The notes: generated by a model not told the origin, from the letters alone. 64,000 nt of DNA from Thermoplasmata archaeon (GCA_027365105.1 DAHXNZ010000001.1:134851-198850); one strand, 5' to 3'; positions 1 through 9,584 are shown, counted from the first letter of the stretch. A program made the numbers and translations.

Positions 1-265
1 CCGCCGGGCCGCCGAGGGCCGATCGGGACGCCCGGATCGGGACGGTCCGGTCGGGGGAAGGAAACTCGGGCAGAGTGAGGATCCGGTCGACGTTGATGTG
101 GCCCGCCACCAGAAGTCCGCGCGCGGGCGCACGGAGCTCGGGCTCCCGTCCGGGGGTTGTCATCGGCTCGGGGAGGAGGGCGGCTCCATATCCCGATTTC
201 GGCCGCGGGTGCCGGGCCCGCCGGGCTCCGGCCCCTTAACTAACCGGAGTCCGTGCTCCGCCCGG

Positions 266-1357
266 ATGATCGTCGAGGGGGCGATCTTGGACCGATCGGG
301 GGTTCGAGCCGGCTACGTGCGCGTGCGCGACGGGCGGGTGGTCGAGGTGGGCCGGATCGGGTGCGACTCTTCGAGAGGGCGGGAACGGAAGATCCGGGGC
401 ATCGTGACGCCGGCCCCGGTGAACGGCCACACCCACCTGGCCGACTTCCTTTCGGTGCGCGAACCCCCATCCGGGACGCTCGCCGACCTGGTCCGGCCCC
501 CGGACGGCTTCAAGTTCCGCCTGCTCCAGTCGGCCTCCGCGGCAGCAAAACGGGGCGCCATGCGCTCGGCCCTGCGCTGGATGGAACGGCAGGGGATCGG
601 CGCGGCCATCGACTTCCGGGAGGAAGGGGTGGACGGGGCCCGGCAGCTTCGGGATGCCGCGCAGGGGATCTCAGTGCGCCCGGTGATCCTGGGCCGGATG
701 CCCCCGGGCGAAGTCGATCGGACGGCGCTCGATGCCCTCCTCTCGGTCGCCGACGGTCTTGGAATCAGTTCGGCCCGGGAGGAGGGGCGGGACCGCCGAC
801 GATCGCTCGCGCGGGCCTGCCGTCGGGCCGGGAAGCTCTGGGCGCTCCACGCCAGCGAGGCGGTCCGGGAGTCGCCGGAAGACTACCTCGATCCAATCCC
901 CGACCTGATTGTCCACCTGACCCGGGCCACCCCGGACGACCTGGCCCAGGTCCAGTCGGCCGGGGCCACCGCCGCGGTCTGCCCCCGGTCGAATGCCCTC
1001 TTCGGTCGCCGGCCACCGCTCGCCGAGATGGAACGGCTCGGGCTTCCGGTCCTGCTCGGTACCGACAACGGCATGCTCCGGCCACCGACCCTGTTCCGGG
1101 AGGCGGAGTTCGCCTACGTCGCGAGCCGGCTCGCGCACCGGCCGGTCTCGGCCGGGTTCATCGCCCGGTCGCTTCTCGTGACGCCCTGGGAGTTCCTCGG
1201 CCTTCCCGACCGGGCCGCGATCACGGCCCACGGGCCGGCGACGCCGCTCATCCTCCGGCTGCCCCCGGAGGATCCCGAGTACCAGATGGTGACTCGGGCG
1301 AGCGAACAGTTTATCGTCCGCCCGGGGTGGCCAGGCCGCCGGGGTCCGGACCCATGA
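266..1357 (+). CDS. Metal-dependent amidohydrolase family protein (chlorohydrolase/deaminase-like)
   Basis: ORF 98..1357 carries a read-through N-terminus; internal ATG at 266 gives MIVEGAILD... with the amidohydrolase N-terminal beta-sandwich. It has a PAPVNGHTHLADF metal-binding motif plus HASEAV and TDNG motifs. The stop overlaps the GlyRS ATG (ATGA at 1354-1357). Confidence 0.75.
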   Translation: MIVEGAILDRSGVRAGYVRVRDGRVVEVGRIGCDSSRGRERKIRGIVTPAPVNGHTHLADFLSVREPPSGTLADLVRPPDGFKFRLLQSASAAAKRGAMRSALRWMERQGIGAAIDFREEGVDGARQLRDAAQGISVRPVILGRMPPGEVDRTALDALLSVADGLGISSAREEGRDRRRSLARACRRAGKLWALHASEAVRESPEDYLDPIPDLIVHLTRATPDDLAQVQSAGATAAVCPRSNALFGRRPPLAEMERLGLPVLLGTDNGMLRPPTLFREAEFAYVASRLAHRPVSAGFIARSLLVTPWEFLGLPDRAAITAHGPATPLILRLPPEDPEYQMVTRASEQFIVRPGWPGRRGPDP

Positions 1358-2853
1358 CGTCGATCGACGAGCTGTTTGCGACCCTGCGGCGCCGGGGGGT
1401 CCTTTGGCCGTCGGCCGAGATCTACGGGGGGATCCAGGGCCTCTACGACTACGGACCGGTCGGCGCGGCCATCAAGCGGAGGATCGAGGAGGCCTGGACC
1501 GAGTGGATGGTCCGCTCCTCGGACGACTGTTACCTGATCGAACCGGCCGAACTGCTGCCGGAGCCGGTCGTCCGGGCGTCGGGCCATCTCGAGAACTTCA
1601 CCGATCCCGAGGTCGCCTGCGCCGACTGCCGCACGTCGTACCGGGCCGACACCCTCCTCGAGGCGTCCCGACCCGAAGGGGTCGATGGGCTCCCGCCCGG
1701 AGAGATCGGCCGGCTGGTCCAGGAGGCCGGCGTCCGATGCCCCCGGTGCGGCGCCCGGCACTGGACGGTCCCCCGCCCGTTCAACCTGATGTTCTCGGTC
1801 GACTTCGGGGCGACCGGCGACGAGAAGGCGTACCTGCGCCCCGAGACGGCGCAGAGCAGCTACCTCGCCTTCGCCCGCATGTGGGACGTCGGGCGGCACG
1901 CACTTCCCCTCGGGATCGCGGTGATCGGCCGGGCGTATCGGAACGAGATCGCGCCGCGGCAGGTCCTCTTCCGGAGCCGGGCGTTCACCCAGGCCGAACT
2001 GCAGATCTTCTTCGACCCGGCCGACGCCCAGGTGCCGCTCGCAGCGGTCGCCGCCGAACCGCTCCCGATCGTGCGGGCCGATCGGCGGGCGGCCGGCGAC
2101 GTGACACCGGTCGCCCGGACCCCCGTGGAGCTGGTCGACTCCGGGGAACTGCCGGCATTCTATGCCTACCACCTCGCCCGGTCGTACCGGTTCTATCGGG
2201 AGGTCCTCGGGTATCCGGCCGAGCGGATCCGGCTCTACGAGAAATCCGCGACCGAGCGGGCGTTCTACAACCGGATCCAGTTCGACGTCGAGGTCGATCT
2301 GCCGAGCCTCGGCGGCTTCCGGGAGATGGGGGCGGTCCACTACCGCGGCGACTACGACCTGACCCGGCACGGGGAGGGGTCGAAGAAGGACCTCTCGGTC
2401 GTCCGACCTGACGGCCGCCGGGTGATCCCCCACGTCCTCGAGATCACCTTCGGGGTCGACCGGAACCTCTGGGCGCTGGCCGACCTCGATCTGACCACCG
2501 ACGGGGAGCGGACCGTCTGGCGGCTGCCGCCGTACCTGGCGCCGATCGCCGGCGGGGTCTTCCCGCTGCTGCGCAAGGAACACGGCGAAGCGGCCCGACG
2601 CGTCTGGCGGACCCTCCGGGCGGCCGGGATCCCGGTCGAGTACCACGCGACCGGATCGGTCGGGAAGCGGTACGCCCGCATGGACGAGATCGGCGCGCCG
2701 TGGTGCATCACCGTCGACCACGAAACGCTGGCCGAGGGACCCCTTCAGGGCACCGTCACCCTCCGCGCACGCGACAGCCGCGCCCAGGAGCGGCTCGCCC
2801 TCGGCCCCTTGGAGGAACGGATCCGGGCCAGCCTCCGGCCCCCGTCCCCGTAG
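1354..2853 (+). CDS. glyS: Glycine--tRNA ligase (archaeal/eukaryotic-type class II GlyRS)
   Basis: Starts MTSIDELFATLRRRGVLWPSAEIYGGIQGLYDYGPVGAAIKRRIEEAW, the typical archaeal GlyRS N-terminus. About 500 aa. Sits inside the spurious 866-aa track ORF 253..2853. ATGA overlap with the upstream gene. Confidence 0.9.
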   Translation: MTSIDELFATLRRRGVLWPSAEIYGGIQGLYDYGPVGAAIKRRIEEAWTEWMVRSSDDCYLIEPAELLPEPVVRASGHLENFTDPEVACADCRTSYRADTLLEASRPEGVDGLPPGEIGRLVQEAGVRCPRCGARHWTVPRPFNLMFSVDFGATGDEKAYLRPETAQSSYLAFARMWDVGRHALPLGIAVIGRAYRNEIAPRQVLFRSRAFTQAELQIFFDPADAQVPLAAVAAEPLPIVRADRRAAGDVTPVARTPVELVDSGELPAFYAYHLARSYRFYREVLGYPAERIRLYEKSATERAFYNRIQFDVEVDLPSLGGFREMGAVHYRGDYDLTRHGEGSKKDLSVVRPDGRRVIPHVLEITFGVDRNLWALADLDLTTDGERTVWRLPPYLAPIAGGVFPLLRKEHGEAARRVWRTLRAAGIPVEYHATGSVGKRYARMDEIGAPWCITVDHETLAEGPLQGTVTLRARDSRAQERLALGPLEERIRASLRPPSP

Positions 2854-2878
2854 GCCCGCCTCCCCCTGCGACACAACG

Positions 2879-2887
2879 GCTATATTG
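2879..2887 (+). promoter_or_regulatory. Putative archaeal TATA box (ctatattg) about 25-30 nt upstream of the 2911 ATG (leaderless-type promoter)
   Basis: A/T-rich hexamer in an otherwise ~70% GC intergenic region, correctly spaced from the start codon. Confidence 0.4.
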
Positions 2888-2910
2888 ACGGGACCCGATA
2901 CGCCCGGCGT

Positions 2911-3504
2911 ATGTCGACTGGTGACGGAACCCCTCCGGGCGCGCCCCCGCCTTCTCCCCTCCATTTCCGCCAGAGCCGCTGGCGCGGGGAGGGGTACGCC
3001 GATGTGACGAAGCTCCGCGAGATCGCGGCCCGGCACCAGCAGGCCGCGACCCGGGCCCATGAGCGGGCCGCCCGGCTGACGACCAAGATCGAGCGGATCC
3101 GCCACCAAGCGACCGTCCTCCGGGAGAAGGCCCAGGCGAAGCGGGCCCAGATCCCCGAGGTCGAGCAGGAGATCCAGCAGCTGGAAAAGGACCTCCAGGG
3201 CGCCCTGCAGAACAACCCGAACGTCCACTCGGACGCGACCAACCTGCAGTTCCGGATCCGCAAGCTGCAGCAGCGGATCGCGAACCTCGAGAGCTCGGCC
3301 GGCCATATCGAGCTCCGGGCGACGGTCCGGACCCAGAAGACCGCCGAACTCAAGGTGAAGGTCGACCGGTTCCAGGAGGAGGCGACGCTCGAGACCCAGG
3401 AAGCCGAAGCGTTCATCCGCCGGGCGGACCGGCTGCAGCAGGTCATGGAGAGCGAGGCCGCCGGTTCGACGACGACTTCGGGACCGGCCGGCGCCCCTCC
3501 ATGA
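2911..3504 (+). CDS. Coiled-coil protein, function unknown
   Basis: 197 aa with heptad-rich, highly charged Q/E/R/K/L composition (EQEIQQLEKDLQGALQ..., RKLQQRIANLESS). Overlaps the next gene by 4 nt, so probably co-transcribed. Confidence 0.6.
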   Translation: MSTGDGTPPGAPPPSPLHFRQSRWRGEGYADVTKLREIAARHQQAATRAHERAARLTTKIERIRHQATVLREKAQAKRAQIPEVEQEIQQLEKDLQGALQNNPNVHSDATNLQFRIRKLQQRIANLESSAGHIELRATVRTQKTAELKVKVDRFQEEATLETQEAEAFIRRADRLQQVMESEAAGSTTTSGPAGAPP

Positions 3505-4031
3505 AGCTCATCGTCACGGTCGGGATGCCGGGCTCCGGAAAGGACGAACTCGTCCAGCTGGCCCAGGAGACCGGCCTCGCGACCCTCAAGATGGGCGATC
3601 TCGTGAGGGACGAGACCCAGCGGCGCGGCCTTCCGCTCACCAACGCGAACATCGGTCGGATCGCCGCCGAGGAGCGGGAGAAGCACGGACCGGCGATCTG
3701 GGCCCAACGAGCGTTGCCGAAGCTCACCGAGACCCGGATGCTGATCGACGGGTGCCGATCCGACAGCGAGGTGACGGTCTTCCGCCACCACTTCGGCGAC
3801 CTCTACGTCCTCGGCATCTTTGCCCCCCCGGAGACCCGGTACGAGCGGCTGTCCCGACGGGCCCGCAGTGACGACGACCTGCAGGAGTTCTACGACCGGG
3901 ACCGACGCGAGCTCAAATGGGGCATCGGCAACGCCTTTGCCCTGGCCGACGGCATGCTGGTCAACGAGGGCTCGCTGGAGGAGTTCCGCCGCCAGACCCG
4001 CCGGCGCCTTGAGGAGATCCTGCGCGCGTAG
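3501..4031 (+). CDS. P-loop nucleotide kinase (archaeal UPF0200 / adenylate-kinase / dephospho-CoA-kinase-like)
   Basis: Walker A GMPGSGKDE at the N-terminus, ~176 aa, architecture of an AAA-type nucleoside kinase. Confidence 0.7.
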   Translation: MKLIVTVGMPGSGKDELVQLAQETGLATLKMGDLVRDETQRRGLPLTNANIGRIAAEEREKHGPAIWAQRALPKLTETRMLIDGCRSDSEVTVFRHHFGDLYVLGIFAPPETRYERLSRRARSDDDLQEFYDRDRRELKWGIGNAFALADGMLVNEGSLEEFRRQTRRRLEEILRA

Positions 4032-4037
4032 GGCTGC

Positions 4038-4670
4038 CTACGCGGGCCCGGCGGCCCAGAGGTCGCGAATCCGTTCGAACCGCTCCCGATCGACGATCAC
4101 CGCCGCGGTTCGGTCGGCGGGGGCCGCGCGGCGGAGCGAATCGATGAGGTGGCGGTCCCGGGCCTCGTGGTAGCGCCGGGAGCCCTGGCCCGCGGTGACC
4201 CGGGCCTCCCATTCGAGGGCATACGCGTCGGCCGTGCTCGGCGCCGGGGGGCGGCGCGAGAGCGAACGCTCCCGGACCGTCCGGCGGACCAGTTCGAGGT
4301 AGCCGATCGATTCGGTGAAGAGCGTCGCGGTCCGGTCCTCGGAGGGGTCGAGGGCGACGACCGTGACCCCGGTCGACCGGCACCAGGCGAGGCTCTCGAC
4401 GAAGGTCGGGTTCGGGATCCGTACCTCGCCGAACCGGGTCAGGCCCTTCACTTCGCTCCGCTCGATGATGGTGAGCGGTACCACCGGCTCGGCCCCGGAC
4501 CGGACGAAGTAGCGGTCGAGCCCATCGAGCTCCTCCGGAGCCAGCCCGAACCCGACCCAGCCGACCGACCGGTCGTGGAGCTGCCGGACGACCCGACGGG
4601 CGTCCTCGACGAGTCCCCGGACCGCACCGATCAGTGTCCAGGGCGTGCCCGGGATCGGTGCGTCGATCAC
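4038..4670 (-). CDS. Hypothetical protein, possible divergent TraB-family paralog
   Basis: 210 aa. Resembles the TraB protein at 33689-34390 at both ends (N-terminal LIGAVRGLVEDARRVV... and C-terminal ...RYHEARDRHLIDSLRRAAP...AAVIVDRERFERIRDL) but lacks the GTAHV motif. Its ATG overlaps the stop of the upstream COG1395 regulator (4667-4670). Confidence 0.55.
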   Translation of the reverse strand: MIDAPIPGTPWTLIGAVRGLVEDARRVVRQLHDRSVGWVGFGLAPEELDGLDRYFVRSGAEPVVPLTIIERSEVKGLTRFGEVRIPNPTFVESLAWCRSTGVTVVALDPSEDRTATLFTESIGYLELVRRTVRERSLSRRPPAPSTADAYALEWEARVTAGQGSRRYHEARDRHLIDSLRRAAPADRTAAVIVDRERFERIRDLWAAGPA

Positions 4671-5662
4671 GGTGCTTCGCGTTCCGAGAGGACTTCGAGG
4701 AGCTCGTCGTGGTCCCGGGAGCGTCGGAGCTCCCGGATGGTGAGGATCGGGAGGCCGTCGATCGACGAAGTCCGGCTCTCCTCCCGGACCACGAACATGC
4801 CGTGGCCCTCGATCACCCGAACGAGCCCGTGGAGGATCGGGGCCCGGTGGTGGGCGGCCCGGAGGCTCCCGACACTGGTGAGCAGGATCTCCGGCCGGGC
4901 CTCGGGGGTCCGGCTGAAGGCATCAAACGGGGCCCGCATCGTTACGGTCACGGTGAGCCCGATGTCGCCGAGGCGCCGGACGACCCCATCCCGGAGCGAG
5001 TCCCCGGTCGGTTCGGGCCCCGCCCCGGCCTCTTCGGGAGGCTCGCCCCCGGGCGGCGGGTTCGGCTCGTCGCTCCGCCGGGCGAACAGGTCGATCGGTT
5101 CGGCGACCGGCTCGCCGAGATAGGTCTCGATCCGCTCGACCACGGTGATCTCCGCGCCGGCCCCCTCCTCGTAGAGCTGGATCGTCCGCCGGGAGACGCC
5201 GGCCGCCGACGCGAGCGCCCCGAGGGAGAGTCGTCGTTCCTCCCGGACCTCCCGGAGCCGGGGCCCGTTGATTCGCGCGAAGATGCCGCCCGGGCTCGAG
5301 AAGAGGAAGGGCGGAACTCCGTCCTCGACGTACTCCTGGAGCGTCTCCTCGGTCAGGATCGGGACCCCGTAGCGCATGTAGACGACCCCGGCCTCCAAGG
5401 GGCTGGTGCCCGAGGTGGCGCCCACCACCAGTCCGACCGCCGGGATGAGCCGGGCGAGCTCCCGCAGCCGCTCGGCCTCGCTCGGCCCGAGCGCGTCGAT
5501 GTTCTTCAGGACCTTGACGAGGAGCAGGAGCGAGTCCCGACGGGCCGCCAGGTCGAAGCTGGAGGGGCGGATGTTGTGCGTGCCGGTGACGTGGAACCCG
5601 GTCCGTTGCAGGGTCGCCTGGATCCGCTCGATGGTCCGGTCCCGGTGACCTACGGTCGTCAT
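4667..5662 (-). CDS. Archaeal COG1395-type transcriptional regulator with C-terminal HTH (XRE-like)
   Basis: Track ORF 4667..6358 has a long junk N-terminus. ATG at 5662 gives MTTVGHRDRTIERIQATLQRTGFHV...; HTH segment RRLSLGALASAAGVSRRTIQLYEEG. 331 aa, matching archaeal COG1395 proteins. Confidence 0.7.
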   Translation of the reverse strand: MTTVGHRDRTIERIQATLQRTGFHVTGTHNIRPSSFDLAARRDSLLLLVKVLKNIDALGPSEAERLRELARLIPAVGLVVGATSGTSPLEAGVVYMRYGVPILTEETLQEYVEDGVPPFLFSSPGGIFARINGPRLREVREERRLSLGALASAAGVSRRTIQLYEEGAGAEITVVERIETYLGEPVAEPIDLFARRSDEPNPPPGGEPPEEAGAGPEPTGDSLRDGVVRRLGDIGLTVTVTMRAPFDAFSRTPEARPEILLTSVGSLRAAHHRAPILHGLVRVIEGHGMFVVREESRTSSIDGLPILTIRELRRSRDHDELLEVLSEREAP

Positions 5663-5776
5663 GGCCTCCCTCAAACGATGCCGTCGGTCGTATTTGAGGA
5701 CGGATGCCGGTCCCGGCGGCGCTCCGGCGGCGGGGTAAACGGATATCCCTGGGCCCCCTGGTCCGGCCGAAGCCCG

Positions 5777-6601
5777 ATGGAGCGCCCCACGATTGCCCCG
5801 CTGCCCGGCGTTCCGGCGCTGGTCGTGGCCGACGCCCCGGGCCGATCGGCCACCTCCCTCGTGATCGCCGACGTTCATCTCGGCTATGGCGCCACACGCG
5901 ACCGCCCGGAAGGCCCGCCTCCGGCGTCGATCGACGACCTTGCCGACCGGATCCGGGCCGCCGCCCGGGCGGCCGGGGCCGGAACCCTCCTCATCGCCGG
6001 GGATGTGAAGCACCCGATCGTCGGGACTCCGGCGTCGCTCCGGCCCGGGATCCGCCGGTTCTTCGCGACGCTGCTCGGAGAGGGGCTGCGCGTCGAGATC
6101 GTACCCGGCAACCACGATGTCGGCCTCGGACGCTGCCTTCCGCCCGAGGTGACCCTCCACCCGCCCTCGGGCGTCCTGCACCGGGGGGTCGGGATCTTCC
6201 ACGGCCACCGATGGCCGTCGGACCCGATCGCGAGCGCGCCCCGGGTCGTCGTGGGCCACCTGCATCCGGGCGTCCGTCTCGCTCCGACGGCCGACGATCC
6301 GACCGGTAAGCGCCGGTGCTGGATCCGCTCGGACGGCGGTGCCCCCCCGGTCCGACACGGGTCGCCACGGGCGGCGGCCGGGCGTCAGGAGGTCATCGTG
6401 TTGCCGGCCTTCAATCCGATCGCCGGCGTCGAATCCCTGAACCGCGAGAGGCCCCGGCGCGGGCGGTCCTTTCTGGTCCGACGCTTCCTGAGCTCGGCCC
6501 CCGCGAGGGGCTTCCTGCTCGACGGCACCGACCTCGGGATCCTGGTCGGCCTCATCCCGAAGGAGACGCCAGGATCCGGGCTAGTTCCCCCGGCGCCGTA
6601 A
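5777..6601 (+). CDS. Metallophosphoesterase (calcineurin-like, ICC/COG1407-like)
   Basis: MERPTIAPLPGVPALVVADAPGRS...VIADVHLGYG...GDVKHPIVG...VPGNHDVG...GHRWP...GHLHPG: the classic DxH...GD...GNH(D/E)...GH...GHxH motif set. Divergent from the regulator with a ~114 bp spacer. Confidence 0.8.
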   Translation: MERPTIAPLPGVPALVVADAPGRSATSLVIADVHLGYGATRDRPEGPPPASIDDLADRIRAAARAAGAGTLLIAGDVKHPIVGTPASLRPGIRRFFATLLGEGLRVEIVPGNHDVGLGRCLPPEVTLHPPSGVLHRGVGIFHGHRWPSDPIASAPRVVVGHLHPGVRLAPTADDPTGKRRCWIRSDGGAPPVRHGSPRAAAGRQEVIVLPAFNPIAGVESLNRERPRRGRSFLVRRFLSSAPARGFLLDGTDLGILVGLIPKETPGSGLVPPAP

Positions 6602-8657
6602 TGGGGGCCCGGCAGGAGACTCCGACGCAGACCAGGGCACGGGCCGTCGAGCCGCCCGAGAGCGTCCGGGCGGCCGTCGGGAGTCGGAACGGCGGCGGTG
6701 GGTCCCCGCGGAAGACGACCAGGTTCGTCCGCGGGGAGCTCCACGCCGCCGTCACCAGCGCATCGGCCGGAGCCCCCTCCCCCTCGACGATCACGGTCGT
6801 TCCCGGCCGATCGAGCTCCGCCCCGGCGAGGGCCACGCCGGCCGAGAAGAGGCCGCCGGGGGCGGTCCGGGCCGCCATCGGTGCCCACAGGCGCCGGGCC
6901 GCGCGATCGAACTCCGGCGACTCGAGCGCCCGCGCCCATCGATTCAGGGCCCGGACGGCCGCGGGGCCGGCGGCGAGGTGCGGCTGGTCCTCCACGGGGT
7001 AGGTGGGCCGGAGCTCCCCGCCCACCGCGCCTCCGTCGTACAGCCGGGGGGCGATATCCCTCAGCCGCCCGTCGTCGTCGGGGAACTCCCGGACGATCCT
7101 CTCCAGGATCGGCCCCACCGCCTCCGCATATCGACGCGCCCCGGTCCAGAGCGCCAGATCGATGAGCCCGAGCGCGAACTGCGCGTTGTCCTCCAGGTGG
7201 CCGAAGCCGTGCCCGCCGTGCGCATCGATCCGGTGGGCCACGCCCCGGTCGGGGTCGACCCCGAGGCTCAGCCAGCGGTCGGCCGCGCGGACCGCGACCG
7301 GGAGGAGCGAGGGGTCGCCGCGCTGGATTCCGGCCCGGACCCACGCGCCGATGTACCGCCCGTTGAGGTGGCCGTACAGCGCGGGATCGACCTTCGGGGC
7401 GGTCCGACGGTCCCGAGCCGCTCTCAGCGCGGCAACCACTTCGAGCGCCGTCCGGTCCGGGTCGCGGTCGGGAGGCAGCACTCCGGCGGCGGCCTCCGAC
7501 GGAGAGAGCGCCCGGTAGAGCACGTTGCGCTGCGGGTCGTGCGGCATCCGACCGTCCGCCCCGACGCCGAAGAGCCGGACCGCGAACCGGGCTTCGGCGG
7601 CCGGAAGGACGGCCTGAATCTCGGTCCGACTCCACGTGAAGTAGGTGCCGTCGTCCCCGGGCGCCGCGTCGGCGTCCTGGCTCGAGGCGAATCCCCCGGC
7701 CGGGTCGAGCAGCGTCGTCCGGGTCCAGTCGAGGATCCCGTCGATGGTCGTCGCCCAGGCGGCCGAGGGGGCATACCGGGCGGCCTCGAGGTAGAGGTCC
7801 AACAGGGCCGCGTTGTCGATCGCCATCTTCTCAAAGTGAGGGATATGCCAGGCCTCGTCCACCGAGTACCGGTGGAATCCCCCGCCCAGGTGGTCGTAGA
7901 TGCCGCCGTCGGCCATCTGCCGAAGGGTGTGGAGCACCGGTTCGGCCCGATCCGGTGCCCCCATGACCTGCGCCTGGAGCAGGAGCAGCCGGTGCGCTGC
8001 CGGGTGAGGGAACTTCGGTGCGAGGCCGAACCCTCCGTGCACCGGATCGATCCGCTGGAGAATCTCGGCCTCGACCTGGGCGACGTACGGGGCCGGCGGG
8101 ATCGACCCGGTCCCGGCGGACGGAGACAGCTCGATCCGCGAGAGCGCGTCCCGGACCTGGAGGGTCGTCTGCCGGACCCGGTCCGCTTCCTCGCGGTAGA
8201 CCCGGGCCATCTCCCGCAGGACCCGACGAAAGCCCGGGCGGCCGTGACCGTCGGTCGGCGGGAAGTAGGTGCCGCCGAAGAAGGCCGCGCCGTCCGGGTC
8301 CAGGAACGCCGTCAGCGGCCACCCGCCCTCCCCGGAGAGGGCGCCGACCTCCTGCTGGTAGCGACGGTCGACCTCGGGCCGCTCGTCCCGGTCGACCTTG
8401 ATGGCGACAAACTCCCGATCGAGGATCTCGGCCACCTCCGGGTCCGAGTAGGTCTCCTCGTCCATGACGTGGCACCAGTGGCACCACGCCGCGCCGATGT
8501 CCAGCAGGATCGGCCGGCGGAGGCGCCGGGCCCGCTCGAACGGTTCGGAGCCCCAGGGATGCCAATCGATGGGCTGTTCGGCCGCCGAAGCGAGGTACGC
8601 CGAAGGGGCGCCCTTCAACCGGTGCCCGCGTGGGCCTCCGCCACGATCCTCGGCCAT
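6552..8657 (-). CDS. Thioredoxin-domain protein, DUF255/YyaL family (N-acylglucosamine-epimerase-like alpha/alpha toroid)
   Basis: ATG at 8657 gives MAEDRGGGP...PIDWHPWGSEPFERARRLRRPILLDIGAAWCHWCHVMDEE... (thioredoxin-like CxxC) followed by a long toroid domain. Track ORF 6552..8801 has a 48-aa junk extension. Confidence 0.8.
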   Translation of the reverse strand: MAEDRGGGPRGHRLKGAPSAYLASAAEQPIDWHPWGSEPFERARRLRRPILLDIGAAWCHWCHVMDEETYSDPEVAEILDREFVAIKVDRDERPEVDRRYQQEVGALSGEGGWPLTAFLDPDGAAFFGGTYFPPTDGHGRPGFRRVLREMARVYREEADRVRQTTLQVRDALSRIELSPSAGTGSIPPAPYVAQVEAEILQRIDPVHGGFGLAPKFPHPAAHRLLLLQAQVMGAPDRAEPVLHTLRQMADGGIYDHLGGGFHRYSVDEAWHIPHFEKMAIDNAALLDLYLEAARYAPSAAWATTIDGILDWTRTTLLDPAGGFASSQDADAAPGDDGTYFTWSRTEIQAVLPAAEARFAVRLFGVGADGRMPHDPQRNVLYRALSPSEAAAGVLPPDRDPDRTALEVVAALRAARDRRTAPKVDPALYGHLNGRYIGAWVRAGIQRGDPSLLPVAVRAADRWLSLGVDPDRGVAHRIDAHGGHGFGHLEDNAQFALGLIDLALWTGARRYAEAVGPILERIVREFPDDDGRLRDIAPRLYDGGAVGGELRPTYPVEDQPHLAAGPAAVRALNRWARALESPEFDRAARRLWAPMAARTAPGGLFSAGVALAGAELDRPGTTVIVEGEGAPADALVTAAWSSPRTNLVVFRGDPPPPFRLPTAARTLSGGSTARALVCVGVSCRAPITAPGELARILASPSG

Positions 8658-8757
8658 CGGGCCGGGACTCCGCAGATCGGGCAAAACGGTTAGGGGTCGC
8701 ACCCGCCCCCGTGACCCGGAGGTAATCTGCTCGCGCCGCGCCCTCCGGCGCGCGCTT

Positions 8758-8768
8758 GCCTTATAAGG
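8758..8768 (+). promoter_or_regulatory. Putative TATA box (cttataagg) ~33 nt upstream of the psmA ATG
   Basis: The only A/T-rich element in the 140-bp intergenic region preceding the exosome superoperon. Confidence 0.45.
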
Positions 8769-8799
8769 GGAGCATCGGTGACCTGCCCGAGGGATTCCC

Positions 8800-9558
8800 A
8801 TGGAGATGCAACCCGGCCAGATGGCCTACGACCGGGCGATCACGGTCTTTTCGCCCGACGGACGGCTCTTCCAAGTCGAATATGCTCGGGAGGCCGTGCG
8901 CCGCGGGGCGACCACGGCGGGGGTCGTCTACGAGGACGGGGTGGTTCTCGTCGCCGACCGCAGGATCCCGAACGCCAAGCTGGCCGAGCCGGCCAGCCTC
9001 GAGAAGATCCACGCGATCGACGAGCATGTGGGCTGCGCGACGGCCGGCCTGGTGGCCGACGCCCGGGTCTTGGTCGATTTCGCCCGGCTCCAGGCCCAGC
9101 TCAACCGGGTCACCTATGCCGAACCGATCGCCATCGAGCTTCTTGTTCGCAAGATCTGCGACTACAAGCAGCAGTACACGCAGTATGGGGGCGTCCGACC
9201 CTTCGGGACCGCGCTGCTGGTCGGCGGCTATGACGATTCGGGAGTCCATCTCTTCGAGACCGAGCCCTCGGGCTCGCTCAACAGCTTCAAGGCGACCTCG
9301 ACCGGCGGCAACAAGGGGCCGGTGATGGAACTGTTGGAGCAGAAGTACAAAGACGGCCTGGACCGGGACGCCGGCATCCTCCTCGCGCTGGAGGGCCTGC
9401 GGGCCGGCCTGGAGGATCCCGCCATGCTCGCCCAGGTCGAAGTTTGCACGATCGACCGGGGGGCGGGCGGACTCCGCCGGCTGGCGCTCGAGGAGACCCA
9501 GAAGTACGTCACCCGGCTTCCGTCCCCCGGGACTTCGGGCCGGACCGCCCGCTCTTAG
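8800..9558 (+). CDS. psmA: Proteasome subunit alpha
   Basis: MQPGQMAYDRAITVFSPDGRLFQVEYAREAV... is the canonical archaeal 20S alpha N-terminus. 252 aa. Confidence 0.95.
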   Translation: MEMQPGQMAYDRAITVFSPDGRLFQVEYAREAVRRGATTAGVVYEDGVVLVADRRIPNAKLAEPASLEKIHAIDEHVGCATAGLVADARVLVDFARLQAQLNRVTYAEPIAIELLVRKICDYKQQYTQYGGVRPFGTALLVGGYDDSGVHLFETEPSGSLNSFKATSTGGNKGPVMELLEQKYKDGLDRDAGILLALEGLRAGLEDPAMLAQVEVCTIDRGAGGLRRLALEETQKYVTRLPSPGTSGRTARS

Positions 9559-9584
9559 GGGGGGACCGACTTCGGAGGTCTCCG

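Noticed and set aside
253-2853. 866-aa ORF spanning the amidohydrolase and GlyRS regions
   Set aside because: The first 367 codons are out-of-frame read-through across the upstream gene (Pro/Arg/Gly-rich nonsense). The real GlyRS starts at the ATG at 1354, overlapping the upstream stop.
1114-3306. 730-aa minus-strand ORF; similarly 6385..7635(-), 6978..8693(+), 19096..20505(-), 19833..21749(+), 21986..23752(-), 23394..25514(+), 25558..27081(+), 28066..30231(+) upstream part, 30996..32801(+), 41505..43376(-), 52426..54078(-), 56290..57828(-), 62170..63231(-)
   Set aside because: All lie opposite or out of frame to genes with clear family signatures. They have Arg/Pro/Gly-dominated low-complexity translations and exist only because stop codons are rare at ~70% GC.
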